Part shown: positions 55,156 through 64,000 of the stretch, piece after piece
How positions within the stretch are numbered: the first letter of the stretch is position 1
How the letters are laid out: every line of letters starts with the position of its first letter
Source of the DNA: Patescibacteria group bacterium
GTDB taxonomy: Bacteria > Patescibacteriota > Patescibacteriia > Patescibacteriales > JAQTRU01
DNA: 64,000 bases
Assembly: GCA_041645555.1 (NCBI GenBank)
Contig: JBAZPX010000001.1
Coordinates: 127,479 to 191,478 of the forward strand
Direction: 5' to 3'
Position numbers and translations under genes: made by a program
The notes under the pieces: model-generated
Told to the model about the DNA's origin: nothing
The model's input: the letters and a program-made list of their open reading frames with translations, nothing else
The model's database searches: none

Positions 55156-57420
55156 ATGCGAAAATTACCGGTAATATCTAATGGGGTTGTATGTTTTTTG
55201 TTTTTTCCGATTTTGCTTTGGTTTTTGTATTTTTGTCCTGTTTTAGCGGAAAAAGAAGGTGCTCAGGGTTTATCCGTGAAGAAGGAGGAAGGCAATAAAA
55301 CAGAGGATATATTGGTTAAATTTAAGGGAAAAGACGAAATTAAAATAATAAAGATAATTGGCGGGGACAATTTTTATAAAACTTTAGATGAGTATAATAG
55401 CAATCCGGAAGTCCTATACGCTGAGCCCAATTATCTTTATCATCAGGTTTCCCTTATCCCAAACGATCCTTATTATGATAACCAGTGGTATTTGCAGAAA
55501 ATAAAAGCCCCGGTTGCCTGGGAAAATATAAACCAAAGTCCGAAGGTGATTATTGCTATTATAGATTCCGGGATCAAGATAGACCACCCTGATTTAGCCG
55601 CCAATATCTGGAGAAATATTGATGAGGTTCCGGGCAACGGGATTGATGATGATAAAAATGGCTTTATTGATGACGCTAATGGCTGGGATTTTATAAACAA
55701 TATGCCCGACCCCTCGCCTAAGTTTGAAGCGGGGTTTACTGAGTCGGGAATTTTGCACGGCACGATTGTGGCGGGCATAGCTGCGGCCGTTGGAAACAAC
55801 GGGGCGGGGATAACGGGGGTAGCCTGGAAAACTTCAATTATGCCGCTGCGGGTTTTAAATGATAATGGCGAAGGCAGAACCAGCGAAGTCATCAGAGCGG
55901 TTGACTACGCCATTGCCAATGGCGCTGATATTATAAATTTCAGTTTTGTCGGTTTCGGCTACAGTAAAGCTTTGCACGAAGCCATAAAGAGAGCTTATGA
56001 TGCCGGCATAATTATTGTGGCCGCGGCTGGCAATGAGCAAGAAGGGGGAGAGGGGTATAATTTAAGCAGTACGCCGATGTACCCGGTTTGCCATGACGGG
56101 AGTAACGGGGAAAATATGATTATTGGCGTGGCCGCCACTGATACCCTTGACCAAAAGGCCAGTTTCTCCAGTTATGGTTTTAACTGTGTCGACATCGCCG
56201 CTCCGGGCGTAAGTATTTTTGGCACGGCCGTTTATGAGCCGACCAAGGGCCCGTTTGATAAATATTATAATGGCTATTGGTCAGGAACCTCAATGGCTAC
56301 GCCGATGGTTTCGGCCGCCGCGGCTTTAATAGAAGAAGCTAATCCAAAAATCAGCCGAGATGGAGTTATAAATATTTTGTTGGATAATTCTGACAATATT
56401 AGCCGGCTTAATCCTGGTTTTTTAGGCCAGTTGGGAAAAGGCAGATTAAATATCGCTTTAGCCGTTGCCAAGACCATTGAGGAGCTAAAAAAAGAAAAAA
56501 TGAAAATATTGACAGCTCCTTTTTCTAATTATTCCAGCCAGGTGAAAATTGCCGGTTATAATGGTGAAATTGAGAAAGAATTTTTGTCATATGGGGAAAA
56601 TTTTCGTGGCGGAGTTAATATTGCGGCCGGAGACGTCAACGGCGACGGCCAGGATGAAATAATCGTCGGAGCCGGAGTTGGCGGTGGCCCGCATGTCCGC
56701 ATATTTGATTATTCGGGCAAGGTTTTAGGCCAGTTTTTCGCCTATGACAAAAATTTTCGCGGCGGAGTTAATGTTTCCTCCGGGGATATAAACGGAGACG
56801 GAATTGATGAAATTATTACTGGTAGCGGTCTTGGCGGCGGCCCGCAAGTCCGGATTTTTGACGGCAAAGGCAAGGTTTTAGGCCAGTTTTTCGCCTATGA
56901 CAAAAATTTTCGCGGCGGAGTTAATGTCGCGTCCGGAGACGTCAACGGCGATGGCAAAGACGAAATTATTGCCGGCGCTGGAGCCGGCGGCGGCCCGCAA
57001 GTACGCATTTTTAATTCAGCCGGTGTTATAGAGGGACAATTTTTCGCCTATGCCCAGAATTTCAGGGGAGGGGTGAGAGTAGCGGTAGCTGATATTGACG
57101 GCGGAGTAGCACAGAAAAAAGACGAAATTATAACGGCTCCCGGCCTTGGCGGCGGTCCTCACATCAGAATTTTTGATAACCATGCCAATTTAGCCGGTCA
57201 GTTTTTCGCCTATGATAAAAGTTTTCGCGGCGGAGTCAATATTGCGGCCGGGGACATTGATAATGACGGGCTGGCGGAAGTTATTACCGGCGCCGGACCG
57301 GGCGGAACCCCGCATGTCAGAATTTTTGAAACTGATGGCGAGTTAATCGGATCTTTTTATGCTTATGAAGATAAATTTAGCGGCGGGGTTAACGTGGGAG
57401 CGGTGGCGGTTAAGAATTAG
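55156..57420 (+). CDS. S8 subtilisin-like serine protease with C-terminal FG-GAP repeat beta-propeller
   Basis: Signal/TM, then catalytic D (AIIDSGIKIDHPDL), H (HGTIVAGIAAA), S (GTSMATPMVSAAAAL). Then 5.5 tandem ~51-aa repeats FRGGVNxxxGDxNGDGxDEIIxGxGxGGGPxVRIF...QFFAY. Confidence 0.85.
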   Translation: MRKLPVISNGVVCFLFFPILLWFLYFCPVLAEKEGAQGLSVKKEEGNKTEDILVKFKGKDEIKIIKIIGGDNFYKTLDEYNSNPEVLYAEPNYLYHQVSLIPNDPYYDNQWYLQKIKAPVAWENINQSPKVIIAIIDSGIKIDHPDLAANIWRNIDEVPGNGIDDDKNGFIDDANGWDFINNMPDPSPKFEAGFTESGILHGTIVAGIAAAVGNNGAGITGVAWKTSIMPLRVLNDNGEGRTSEVIRAVDYAIANGADIINFSFVGFGYSKALHEAIKRAYDAGIIIVAAAGNEQEGGEGYNLSSTPMYPVCHDGSNGENMIIGVAATDTLDQKASFSSYGFNCVDIAAPGVSIFGTAVYEPTKGPFDKYYNGYWSGTSMATPMVSAAAALIEEANPKISRDGVINILLDNSDNISRLNPGFLGQLGKGRLNIALAVAKTIEELKKEKMKILTAPFSNYSSQVKIAGYNGEIEKEFLSYGENFRGGVNIAAGDVNGDGQDEIIVGAGVGGGPHVRIFDYSGKVLGQFFAYDKNFRGGVNVSSGDINGDGIDEIITGSGLGGGPQVRIFDGKGKVLGQFFAYDKNFRGGVNVASGDVNGDGKDEIIAGAGAGGGPQVRIFNSAGVIEGQFFAYAQNFRGGVRVAVADIDGGVAQKKDEIITAPGLGGGPHIRIFDNHANLAGQFFAYDKSFRGGVNIAAGDIDNDGLAEVITGAGPGGTPHVRIFETDGELIGSFYAYEDKFSGGVNVGAVAVKN
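56593..57420 (+). repeat. about 153-nt in-frame tandem repeats encoding FG-GAP units (x5.5)
   Basis: Repeated aattttcgcggcggagttaat...ggcggcggcccgca...ttttcgcctatga blocks. Confidence 0.8.
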
Positions 57421-57506
57421 GTATTAGGTGTTAGCTGTTAGGTGTTGGGTGTTAGTGGGCGTAATTGAAAATTGATAATTAGTATATGGTTTAAGAATTA
57501 TGATTT

Positions 57507-58073
57507 ATGAATATAGGGAAAGAAGTTAGAAAAATTGTTAAAAATCGCGCCAGTAAAGAGGATTGGAATTTTCATATATTGTTAGTTGTAAAATATGCTT
57601 TAATTTTAGCTAAAGATTATAAGATAGACAGAAAACAAGTGGAATTAGCCGCTTTGTTGCATGATATCGGTCGTCTCCCTTATTCTGACAAAAAAGACGA
57701 GACTCATCATATAATCGGGGCGAAAGAGGCAGAAAAAATTTTAAGGAAATTAAAATATTCGGGGAATAAAATAAAGGAGATACAAAGAGTTATAATCTGC
57801 CATCGAGGTAGTGATTTCATAAAACCTAAAACTGTCCTGGAAAAAATAATTGCCAATGCCGATGCTATGTCCCACTTTGATACCTTGCCATTATTTTATT
57901 ATTGGCGGGCTAAAGGATGCAATTCTTTTAATGAGGTAACAGATTGGGTGGAGAAAAAATTATCAAGGAGCTGGCAAAAAATAACTTTGCCGAGGGCAAA
58001 AAGCATAATAAAAGAAAGGTATTTGTCAGATAAGAAAATATTGGAAAGTTTAAAAGAATCTAAAAATTTTTAA
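57507..58073 (+). CDS. HD-domain phosphohydrolase
   Basis: H...LLHDIGR...H...D metal-binding pattern. Confidence 0.7.
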   Translation: MNIGKEVRKIVKNRASKEDWNFHILLVVKYALILAKDYKIDRKQVELAALLHDIGRLPYSDKKDETHHIIGAKEAEKILRKLKYSGNKIKEIQRVIICHRGSDFIKPKTVLEKIIANADAMSHFDTLPLFYYWRAKGCNSFNEVTDWVEKKLSRSWQKITLPRAKSIIKERYLSDKKILESLKESKNF

Positions 58074-58099
58074 TTTTTTATTTTTAGTTTTTTCCGCCA

Positions 58100-58130
58100 A
58101 AGGCGGATCAGCCTCTGGCTGAAATTTTTT
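58100..58130 (+). terminator. rho-independent terminator (tandem hairpins, T-run)
   Basis: ccgcc-aaa-ggcgg then tcagcc-tct-ggctga followed by aattttttt. Confidence 0.55.
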
Positions 58131-58136
58131 AACCAT

Positions 58137-59159
58137 ATGTCTAAACGCGCAATCTTTGATAAGAAAAATATTTTAGTGACCGGCGGGGCCGGATTTATCG
58201 GCTCCCATCTTTGTGATGAGCTTGTTAAAACCCGCAAAGTTATCTGCCTTGATAATTTTTCTTCGGGCGACGAAAGAAATATTGACCATTTATTGGCCGA
58301 CCCTAATTTCATGTTTATCCGACATGATATATCAGAGCCGATTGATTTAGAAAAACTGCCGGAACTGCAGAAATTTAAAATCCAGTTTCAGGGCATTCAG
58401 GAAATTTATAATCTGGCCTGCCCGATGTCGCCTAAGGATTTTAATAAAAGTAAAATTGCCAATATCTTGGCTAATTCTTACGGGGTGAAAAATATGCTTG
58501 ATTTGGCCCGTAAATATGAAGCTAAGTTTATGCAATTTTCTTCTTCGGTAGTTTACGGCCCGAGGCGGGGAGAAAATAAAAAAAATAAAGAAAGTGACCT
58601 AGGGACAGTCGATATGCTGTCGGAGCGAAGTTCGTATGATGAGGGTAAAAGATTTGCCGAAACGATTGTTCAGAATTACAAGGATGTTTATGGGATTGAT
58701 ACAAAGATTGTCCGTATTTTTAGGACTTATGGCCCGAGAATGATGCTTAACGACGATCAGATGATCCCGGATTTTATAAGGGACGCTCTAGACAATAAAG
58801 ATTTAAATATTTTTGGCGACAAAAATTTTTCTTCTTCTTTCTGCTATGTGAGCGATGTCCTTGATGCCGCCATAAAGATGATGGAAAGCGATTTTTCCGG
58901 CCCCTTAAATATCGGCTCGGATATGGATATTAATTTAACCGATTTGGCGCAAAAAATTATAAATATTATCGGTTCAAAATCGAAAATTGTTTATGCGCAG
59001 GAAAAATTGTTTATGACGCCTTTGTGTCTGCCGGATATTACGGCGGCTCGGGAGGAACTGGGCTGGATGCCGGTCGTGACTTTAGAAAAAGGGCTGGCAA
59101 AAAGCATTGATGATTTGCGCGCCAGCAAAGGCTTAAAGGGGGTAAAGCAGGTGGTTTAA
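58137..59159 (+). CDS. NAD-dependent epimerase/dehydratase, UDP-glucuronate decarboxylase (UXS)-like
   Basis: ILVTGGAGFIGSHLCDEL and the YDEGKRFAETIV active-site motif typical of UXS/ArnA-type SDRs. Confidence 0.65.
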   Translation: MSKRAIFDKKNILVTGGAGFIGSHLCDELVKTRKVICLDNFSSGDERNIDHLLADPNFMFIRHDISEPIDLEKLPELQKFKIQFQGIQEIYNLACPMSPKDFNKSKIANILANSYGVKNMLDLARKYEAKFMQFSSSVVYGPRRGENKKNKESDLGTVDMLSERSSYDEGKRFAETIVQNYKDVYGIDTKIVRIFRTYGPRMMLNDDQMIPDFIRDALDNKDLNIFGDKNFSSSFCYVSDVLDAAIKMMESDFSGPLNIGSDMDINLTDLAQKIINIIGSKSKIVYAQEKLFMTPLCLPDITAAREELGWMPVVTLEKGLAKSIDDLRASKGLKGVKQVV

Positions 59160-59255
59160 CGTAAATAATAAAATAATATAAAAATAAAATAATAAAATAA
59201 AAAGTAGACTAATTTTTATATTATTTTATTAGTTTATTACTTTATTTTTAAAAAT

Positions 59256-60455
59256 ATGGCTATCAATTTGTCCCAAGGGACAAGCAACCAGGGGGATGGC
59301 GCGATAAGCGCTTCAAAGCCGGATAAAGACAAGGGCAATGGCCAGGAAGATAAGAAAAAAAAGCCGGAATCCGGAGGGTCGATAATGGGTAAAGTCAATA
59401 ATCTTCTTCTGGTTTTTTCCCGGGTGCCTTTAAAAGAAAAATTATTCTTTGTTCAGTATCTCGGCATAATGCTTAAAGCAGGCATTTCTTTGGCAGGCGG
59501 CTTAAAAACGTTAAGCGCTCAAAGCGCTAATAAACGTTTTGCCAAGATTATCGGAGAGATTGCTGTTAGCGTGGAGAAAGGAACGAGCTTTACCGAAAGC
59601 TTAAAGCCCCATCAGAAAATTTTTGGCGAATTGTTTATAAACATGGTTGAAGCCGGCGAAGTTTCCGGTAAATTAGAGAATGTTTTAGTTCAGCTTTATA
59701 CCCAGCTAAAAAAGCAGAACGAACTGATTTCTAAAGTAAAGGGCGCCATGACTTACCCGGCCGTTATTATTGTGGCGATGGCTGGCATCGGCATATTTAT
59801 GATGGTAAAAATAGTGCCGCAGATGATAGGAATGTTAAAATCTTTTAACGCTGAATTGCCCCTGGCCACTAAAATTCTTATTACCGCAAGCGACGCTCTT
59901 GTTGCTAATGGCCTACTGGCTGCCGGGATATTAGTGGTTTCTGTTTTAGTTGTTATCCAGATTATGCGCACTTACAGAGGCCGATATTATTGGCAGGCGA
60001 TAGTTTTACATATGCCGATAATTTCCCCGATTGTGAAAAAAGTAAATTTAGCGAAATTTTCCCGGACAATAAGCACTTTGCTTAAAACCGACATAATGAT
60101 TATTAAAACTTTTCAGATAACCGCCAATGTTTTGGGCAACCTTCATTATCGCAAAGCGGTTAACGAAATGAGCGAAAAAATAAAAAAAGGCAGCCAAATA
60201 AATGAAGTCGTGTCGGCTTATCCAAAATTATTTCCGCCCGTTGTTAACCAGATAATTTCAGTGGGCGAGCAGACAGGCGAATTGGATAATATTTTAGGCG
60301 AATTAGCTGAATTTTACGAAGGTGAAGTCGATAAAATAATGGACAATCTTCCTTCCATTATAGAGCCTTTGCTTATTTTAATTTTAGGCTGCGCGGTCGG
60401 CGGTATGGCAGTGGCGATTATTATGCCTATGTATTCTTTGGGTTCAGCCATTTAG
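59256..60455 (+). CDS. pilC: type II secretion / type IV pilus platform protein (GspF/PilC family)
   Basis: GspF-type repeats (QLxxMLKAGISLxxGL ... ISPIVKKVNLAKFSRTISTLLKTDIMI...). Inner-membrane topology. A possible later start lies at 59386. Confidence 0.8.
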   Translation: MAINLSQGTSNQGDGAISASKPDKDKGNGQEDKKKKPESGGSIMGKVNNLLLVFSRVPLKEKLFFVQYLGIMLKAGISLAGGLKTLSAQSANKRFAKIIGEIAVSVEKGTSFTESLKPHQKIFGELFINMVEAGEVSGKLENVLVQLYTQLKKQNELISKVKGAMTYPAVIIVAMAGIGIFMMVKIVPQMIGMLKSFNAELPLATKILITASDALVANGLLAAGILVVSVLVVIQIMRTYRGRYYWQAIVLHMPIISPIVKKVNLAKFSRTISTLLKTDIMIIKTFQITANVLGNLHYRKAVNEMSEKIKKGSQINEVVSAYPKLFPPVVNQIISVGEQTGELDNILGELAEFYEGEVDKIMDNLPSIIEPLLILILGCAVGGMAVAIIMPMYSLGSAI

Positions 60456-60496
60456 CCAAAATAATTTTAACTAAAAGTTATTTTGATATCTTTTAA

Positions 60497-60955
60497 ATGA
60501 AGGAGTATATTTTTAAAAAAAACCAGGGTTTTTCTTTAATGGAGGTTTTGGTAGCTTTCGGCATTATTGCCTTGATGGCGACTATTAGCATTCCTTATAT
60601 CAGGCAGTATCAGCCCAATTTAAAGCTTAATGCTACGGCCCGCGATTTAACCTCTGATTTGCGTTATGCCCAGCAGCTTACCATTACGGAACAAGCCGTA
60701 TATTTCGTTGATCTTAATTTAGACGATGACAGTTATCGAATTTTAAAAGGCGGTGTGGCTACCACGACCATAAAAACAGTTGAATTTGATTCAAGCGTTA
60801 GCTTCCAGCAAATTACCGGCCTGACAGACAACGAAGTGGTTTTTAATTTTTACGGCGGCGCAAGCGAATCCGGCGAGATTATTTTAATTAACTCTAACGG
60901 CAAAACGGCTACGATTAATGTTAAGCCATCTGGCTATATCCAATTAGAGCAATGA
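60497..60955 (+). CDS. prepilin-type N-terminal cleavage/methylation domain protein (pseudopilin)
   Basis: KNQG|FSLMEVLVAFGIIALMATI class III signal peptide. Confidence 0.7.
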   Translation: MKEYIFKKNQGFSLMEVLVAFGIIALMATISIPYIRQYQPNLKLNATARDLTSDLRYAQQLTITEQAVYFVDLNLDDDSYRILKGGVATTTIKTVEFDSSVSFQQITGLTDNEVVFNFYGGASESGEIILINSNGKTATINVKPSGYIQLEQ

Positions 60956-60958
60956 GTT

Positions 60959-61393
60959 ATGAATTATAGAGAATTATTAAAACAACGGGGCGGATTTTCC
61001 TTGATTGAAGTCATGGTGGCTTTTACGATTTTATCCGTGGCTTTTATCGGCTTAGTTCAGGCTTTTCCTTTTGGTTTGTCTATAAATAAAGAAGCGGAGA
61101 ATACGACGGAAGCCTCTTATTTAGCGCAGAGTAAGATCGAGGAGTTAAACTCTTTAGGATATAGCGATGTTAGCGTTGGCACCATTGAAGCAAAACATCG
61201 TTTGTCCGATGACCCGAGCAATTATTTATATAATTATCAGAGGCAAACGACAGTAAGCTATGTTGACGGCGATTTAAGCGAAGTCGGGGAAGACCAGGGA
61301 ATGAAAAAAATTTCCGTTACTATTTATTTTATAAATGCCATATCTAAAACGGAAAAAAGTTTTAATGCGGCAACCCTTGTAAGCGAAAAATAG
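60959..61393 (+). CDS. prepilin-type N-terminal cleavage/methylation domain protein (pseudopilin)
   Basis: RGG|FSLIEVMVAFTILSVAFIGL. Confidence 0.7.
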   Translation: MNYRELLKQRGGFSLIEVMVAFTILSVAFIGLVQAFPFGLSINKEAENTTEASYLAQSKIEELNSLGYSDVSVGTIEAKHRLSDDPSNYLYNYQRQTTVSYVDGDLSEVGEDQGMKKISVTIYFINAISKTEKSFNAATLVSEK

Positions 61394-61425
61394 CAAGTAG
61401 CTGTTCGGTTGCGGGAGGTGATTTT

Positions 61426-62046
61426 ATGAAGAAAAAAGTTATAAATAAAAATCAAAAAGGCTTTACCCAAGCAAATACCGCCAAGGGAAATTTGGCGGGG
61501 TTTACTCTGCTAGAAATACTAGTAAGTCTTTCTTTATTTACCCTGGCTATTATTTTAGTCGGTTCAATGTTTTCCTTGTCGCAGAGATCATATAATAAAG
61601 GAGCCGGCAAGGGCGAACTAGTGCAGAACGCCAGAGTTTCCCTTGACAGGATATCAAGAGAATTGCGCCAGTCTGTTAATATTGTTACGGATCTTCCCGA
61701 AACAGACACCGACCCCATGGATCCTCCAGCCGAAGAAATTTTTTTTCAAGATGGTCATAATGCGAGCCAGATAACTTATTTGCGTTATTATTTGGACGGC
61801 GCCGACTTAAAGCGGTCTTATGTTGTTTATTATTTTTCCGCTGAACCAGAAACCTACGTAACTTATGATAGCGTTGACCAAGACGGCTATTCCCCGGAAG
61901 AGTTAATCATTGAAGACCGGATAGTGGGGGAATATTTTGACCAGTTGCAATTTTGGGGAAGCAACAGTTTGGTCCATATTTCCATGGCTTTAGCCAAAGG
62001 CCAAGATTCCTTTAATATAAATTCCAGTATTTTTAAAAGGAATTAA
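61426..62046 (+). CDS. prepilin-type N-terminal cleavage/methylation domain protein (pseudopilin)
   Basis: LAG|FTLLEILVSLSLFTLAIILVG. Confidence 0.65.
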   Translation: MKKKVINKNQKGFTQANTAKGNLAGFTLLEILVSLSLFTLAIILVGSMFSLSQRSYNKGAGKGELVQNARVSLDRISRELRQSVNIVTDLPETDTDPMDPPAEEIFFQDGHNASQITYLRYYLDGADLKRSYVVYYFSAEPETYVTYDSVDQDGYSPEELIIEDRIVGEYFDQLQFWGSNSLVHISMALAKGQDSFNINSSIFKRN

Positions 62047-62055
62047 TTTTGTCTA

Positions 62056-62120
62056 CGAATTATCACCGCCTTAGCGGGATCCCGCCCACATAAATTATAA
62101 TAAGGTGGCGGGACAAATCT
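62056..62120 (+). repeat. dispersed ~60-nt element, copy C (upstream of the PilX-like gene)
   Basis: gaattatcaccgccttagcgggatcccgcccacataaattataataaggtggcgggacaaat. Confidence 0.8.
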
Positions 62121-62280
62121 ATTACAAATTTACAAATACGCTGTAAGATGTTTTGTAAGAATTCGTAAATTCGTGAAAGGATTTGTCGATTTGTGGGAAA
62201 AGTAAACATTTATAACCGGAGTAAACTAAAAATTTGGTGAAATTACAAAAAGGTAAAAAGTTATATTTTAAAAAGAAGAA

Positions 62281-63510
62281 GTGGAAAATATGTCAAGAGA
62301 AATAAAAAATAATAAGGGAGTGGCTCTTCTAATAACGATTTTGCTAATGTCTTTAATTTTATTTTCCTCTTTATATTTCCTGAGCTTTTCTTTAACGGAG
62401 AAAAAAATTTCTCATAGCCAGGCTTGGGGAGCAAAAACTTATTATTTAGCGGAAGCCGGCATTAATGAAATGATTTGGAAATTAAAAAATGATGCAACCT
62501 ACGAAAATAATTTTGAAACTGACTCTGACTGGACAGCCGAGTTTACTAGAGACGATCCGTTTGGAGCAGGCAGCGGTTCATATACGGTTAGTATTACAAA
62601 TTCTGATCTAGCAACTGGTGAAATAGTGTCAACCGGATCAATAGATGTGGGGGGCGACAAAACAAGTTATAGGGTTATTAGGACCAGTATTTATAAAGCA
62701 TTAGCTGGGGGTTTAGAGGGTAATTTAGCCACTTTTGGTAACCATGATATAAAGACAAATCATAGTAATGTAAATTTCTATGATGGCAATACTTATGCTA
62801 ATCATGATGTTGATGTTGGCGGGTTTAGCGAAGTTTTTTTTGCCGGTGATGTAATGGCTAAGCATAGTTTCGAAGTGGATTTTGAAGCGTCGACTACTGT
62901 GGCCGGAAATATATATGTCCCTTACGCAGGCGAAATAGAAATACCAGCTGTTGATTTTCATTCAAGCGATCCTAATTCTTATAAAAATAAAGCTGATATT
63001 GTTTATGATGATGATGATTTTAAAGATTTAATGTGGGCTAATCAAACTTTAACTTTAAACAATGATATTACTTATGTGGACAAAGATGTATTTTTAAGGG
63101 GGGGGCAGACTTTAATTGTGAATGGCTTGTTGGTGGTAGAACATGATTTTGAAATGGGAGGAAACGAATGCTGGAATGATCGCTGCGGCAATAATACAAT
63201 TACTATTAATAATACCCCGGGAAAACCGGCTGGAATTCTAGCTAAACATGATATTAATTTTAAGCAGTATATAGGAGATGTTAACATAGACGGATTACTT
63301 TATGCTAGCCATGATGTTAAAATAGATAATTTAGCCGCTGGCGATGATTTTAATGTTAACGGGGCAATTGTCGCTGGGCATGATTCAGACTTTCTTAGTA
63401 CTCCGCGCGCAGTAAATATTTATTACGATCCCGAGACTTTTCCTGGTATTTTCAGTTCAGCTGATTTCTCGCCCATTATAACACTTGAGCACTGGGAGGA
63501 AGAATATTAG
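62281..63510 (+). CDS. PilX-N-domain minor pilin / putative pilus-tip protein with beta-helix-like C-terminal repeats
   Basis: N-terminus NKGVALLITILLMSLILFSSLYFLSF...AKTYYLAEAGINE resembles the PilX N-terminal domain. C-terminal recurring HD[VI]x[VI]GG / HDFEMGG / HDVKIDN blocks. Confidence 0.55.
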   Translation: MENMSREIKNNKGVALLITILLMSLILFSSLYFLSFSLTEKKISHSQAWGAKTYYLAEAGINEMIWKLKNDATYENNFETDSDWTAEFTRDDPFGAGSGSYTVSITNSDLATGEIVSTGSIDVGGDKTSYRVIRTSIYKALAGGLEGNLATFGNHDIKTNHSNVNFYDGNTYANHDVDVGGFSEVFFAGDVMAKHSFEVDFEASTTVAGNIYVPYAGEIEIPAVDFHSSDPNSYKNKADIVYDDDDFKDLMWANQTLTLNNDITYVDKDVFLRGGQTLIVNGLLVVEHDFEMGGNECWNDRCGNNTITINNTPGKPAGILAKHDINFKQYIGDVNIDGLLYASHDVKIDNLAAGDDFNVNGAIVAGHDSDFLSTPRAVNIYYDPETFPGIFSSADFSPIITLEHWEEEY

Positions 63511-63617
63511 AATTAAGCTAATTGTGGTATAATTATAATATGAATGTTGTTAAGAAGTAATAATTAGAATTAGTTTATTGGAATAATTTTTAATTTTTAA
63601 TTTTTAATTTCTAATTG

Positions 63618-64000
63618 ATGTTATTCTCTAAAAATTCACTTTATCCCCTGGGCTTAGATATTTCTGATTTGTCTTTAAAGCTGGTTCAGCTTAATAAGGT
63701 CGGGGGAAAAATAAAAATTCAAGCTTTGGGGAAAGTTAGCGTTCCGGTCGGCTTAATCGTGGAAGGAGAAATAAAAAATGAAGAGGAAGTGGCAAATATA
63801 ATAAAGAAGCTTATTGATAAGCCCAAATACGGGAAAGTAAGCTCGGATATGGTTGTGGCTTGTTTACCGGAAACCAAAACTTTTATTAAGCTGATTGAAG
63901 TGGAAAAAACCCCGAATAATTTAGCGGATGTAATCGAAACGGAAATAGAAAAGTATGTGCCATTTTTATTGGAAGAGATTTATTACGACTGGCAGGTCAT
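63618..64000 (+). CDS. pilM: type IV pilus assembly protein PilM, N-terminal part (runs off the window end)
   Basis: LGLDISDLSLKLVQLNKVGGKIKIQALGKVSVPVGLIVEGEIKNEEEVANIIKKL, the actin-like PilM N-terminus. No stop before nt 64000. Confidence 0.7.
   Translation, partial: MLFSKNSLYPLGLDISDLSLKLVQLNKVGGKIKIQALGKVSVPVGLIVEGEIKNEEEVANIIKKLIDKPKYGKVSSDMVVACLPETKTFIKLIEVEKTPNNLADVIETEIEKYVPFLLEEIYYDWQV

Overview
The window is a low-GC (about 36-40%), gene-dense bacterial fragment with very AT-rich intergenic regions. Its gene content (single-domain ProRS, eukaryote-like IleRS, short RmlC, a type IV pilus cluster with several pseudopilins, many tiny hypotheticals) is consistent with a Patescibacteria/CPR-like organism. 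This placement is an inference from composition and gene content only.

Gene order, left to right:
- Cell-surface glycan cluster, 1-6711: TagF-like transferase, methyltransferase, GT4, WecB, B12-radical-SAM, WbaP-like priming transferase.
- Housekeeping genes: holB, frr, rseP, hpf, secA, csaA, maf, ileS, ruvA, proS.
- mreB-orf-mreC-mreD.
- pfkB, rmlC, a sensor kinase, HIT, rfbB.
- Export module: orphan receiver + very long HlyD adaptor + ABC ATPase + two FtsX-type permeases.
- Second mreB paralog, GT4, S8 protease with FG-GAP repeats, HD hydrolase, UXS-like SDR.
- Type IV pilus/pseudopilin cluster: pilC, three prepilins, PilX-like, pilM.

No tRNA, rRNA or CRISPR array was recognised.

Observations worth a second look:
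1. A family of roughly 70-nt GC-rich hairpin elements (CCGAAG-stem-loop-stem'-GAAGG, with compensatory stem changes) sits at gene termini. Each is accompanied by a tandem duplication of the adjacent 39-45 nt of coding sequence, with the same ~111-nt period at two unrelated loci: the secA 3' tail and the U32 peptidase 5' end (which has three N-terminal copies).
2. Three patches of about 50% GC carry atypical genes: a ParB-like protein with a long acidic N-terminus; a monocistronic (X-N-G)n peptide gene with canonical promoter, RBS and terminator next to the export module; and a secreted protein on the opposite strand inside that module.
3. Several dispersed short-repeat families are present:
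   - a 60-nt palindromic element in three copies;
   - AT-rich palindromic intergenic elements built on an aatttctaat motif (one arm also inside a CDS);
   - CCCCGTTAGAAAT inverted pairs;
   - TTAGGTGTTA direct repeats;
   - a TIR-bounded MITE-like element.
4. Multi-hairpin GC-rich non-coding stretches at about 49.1-49.4 kb, 18.05-18.2 kb and 26.4-26.5 kb may be structured RNAs.
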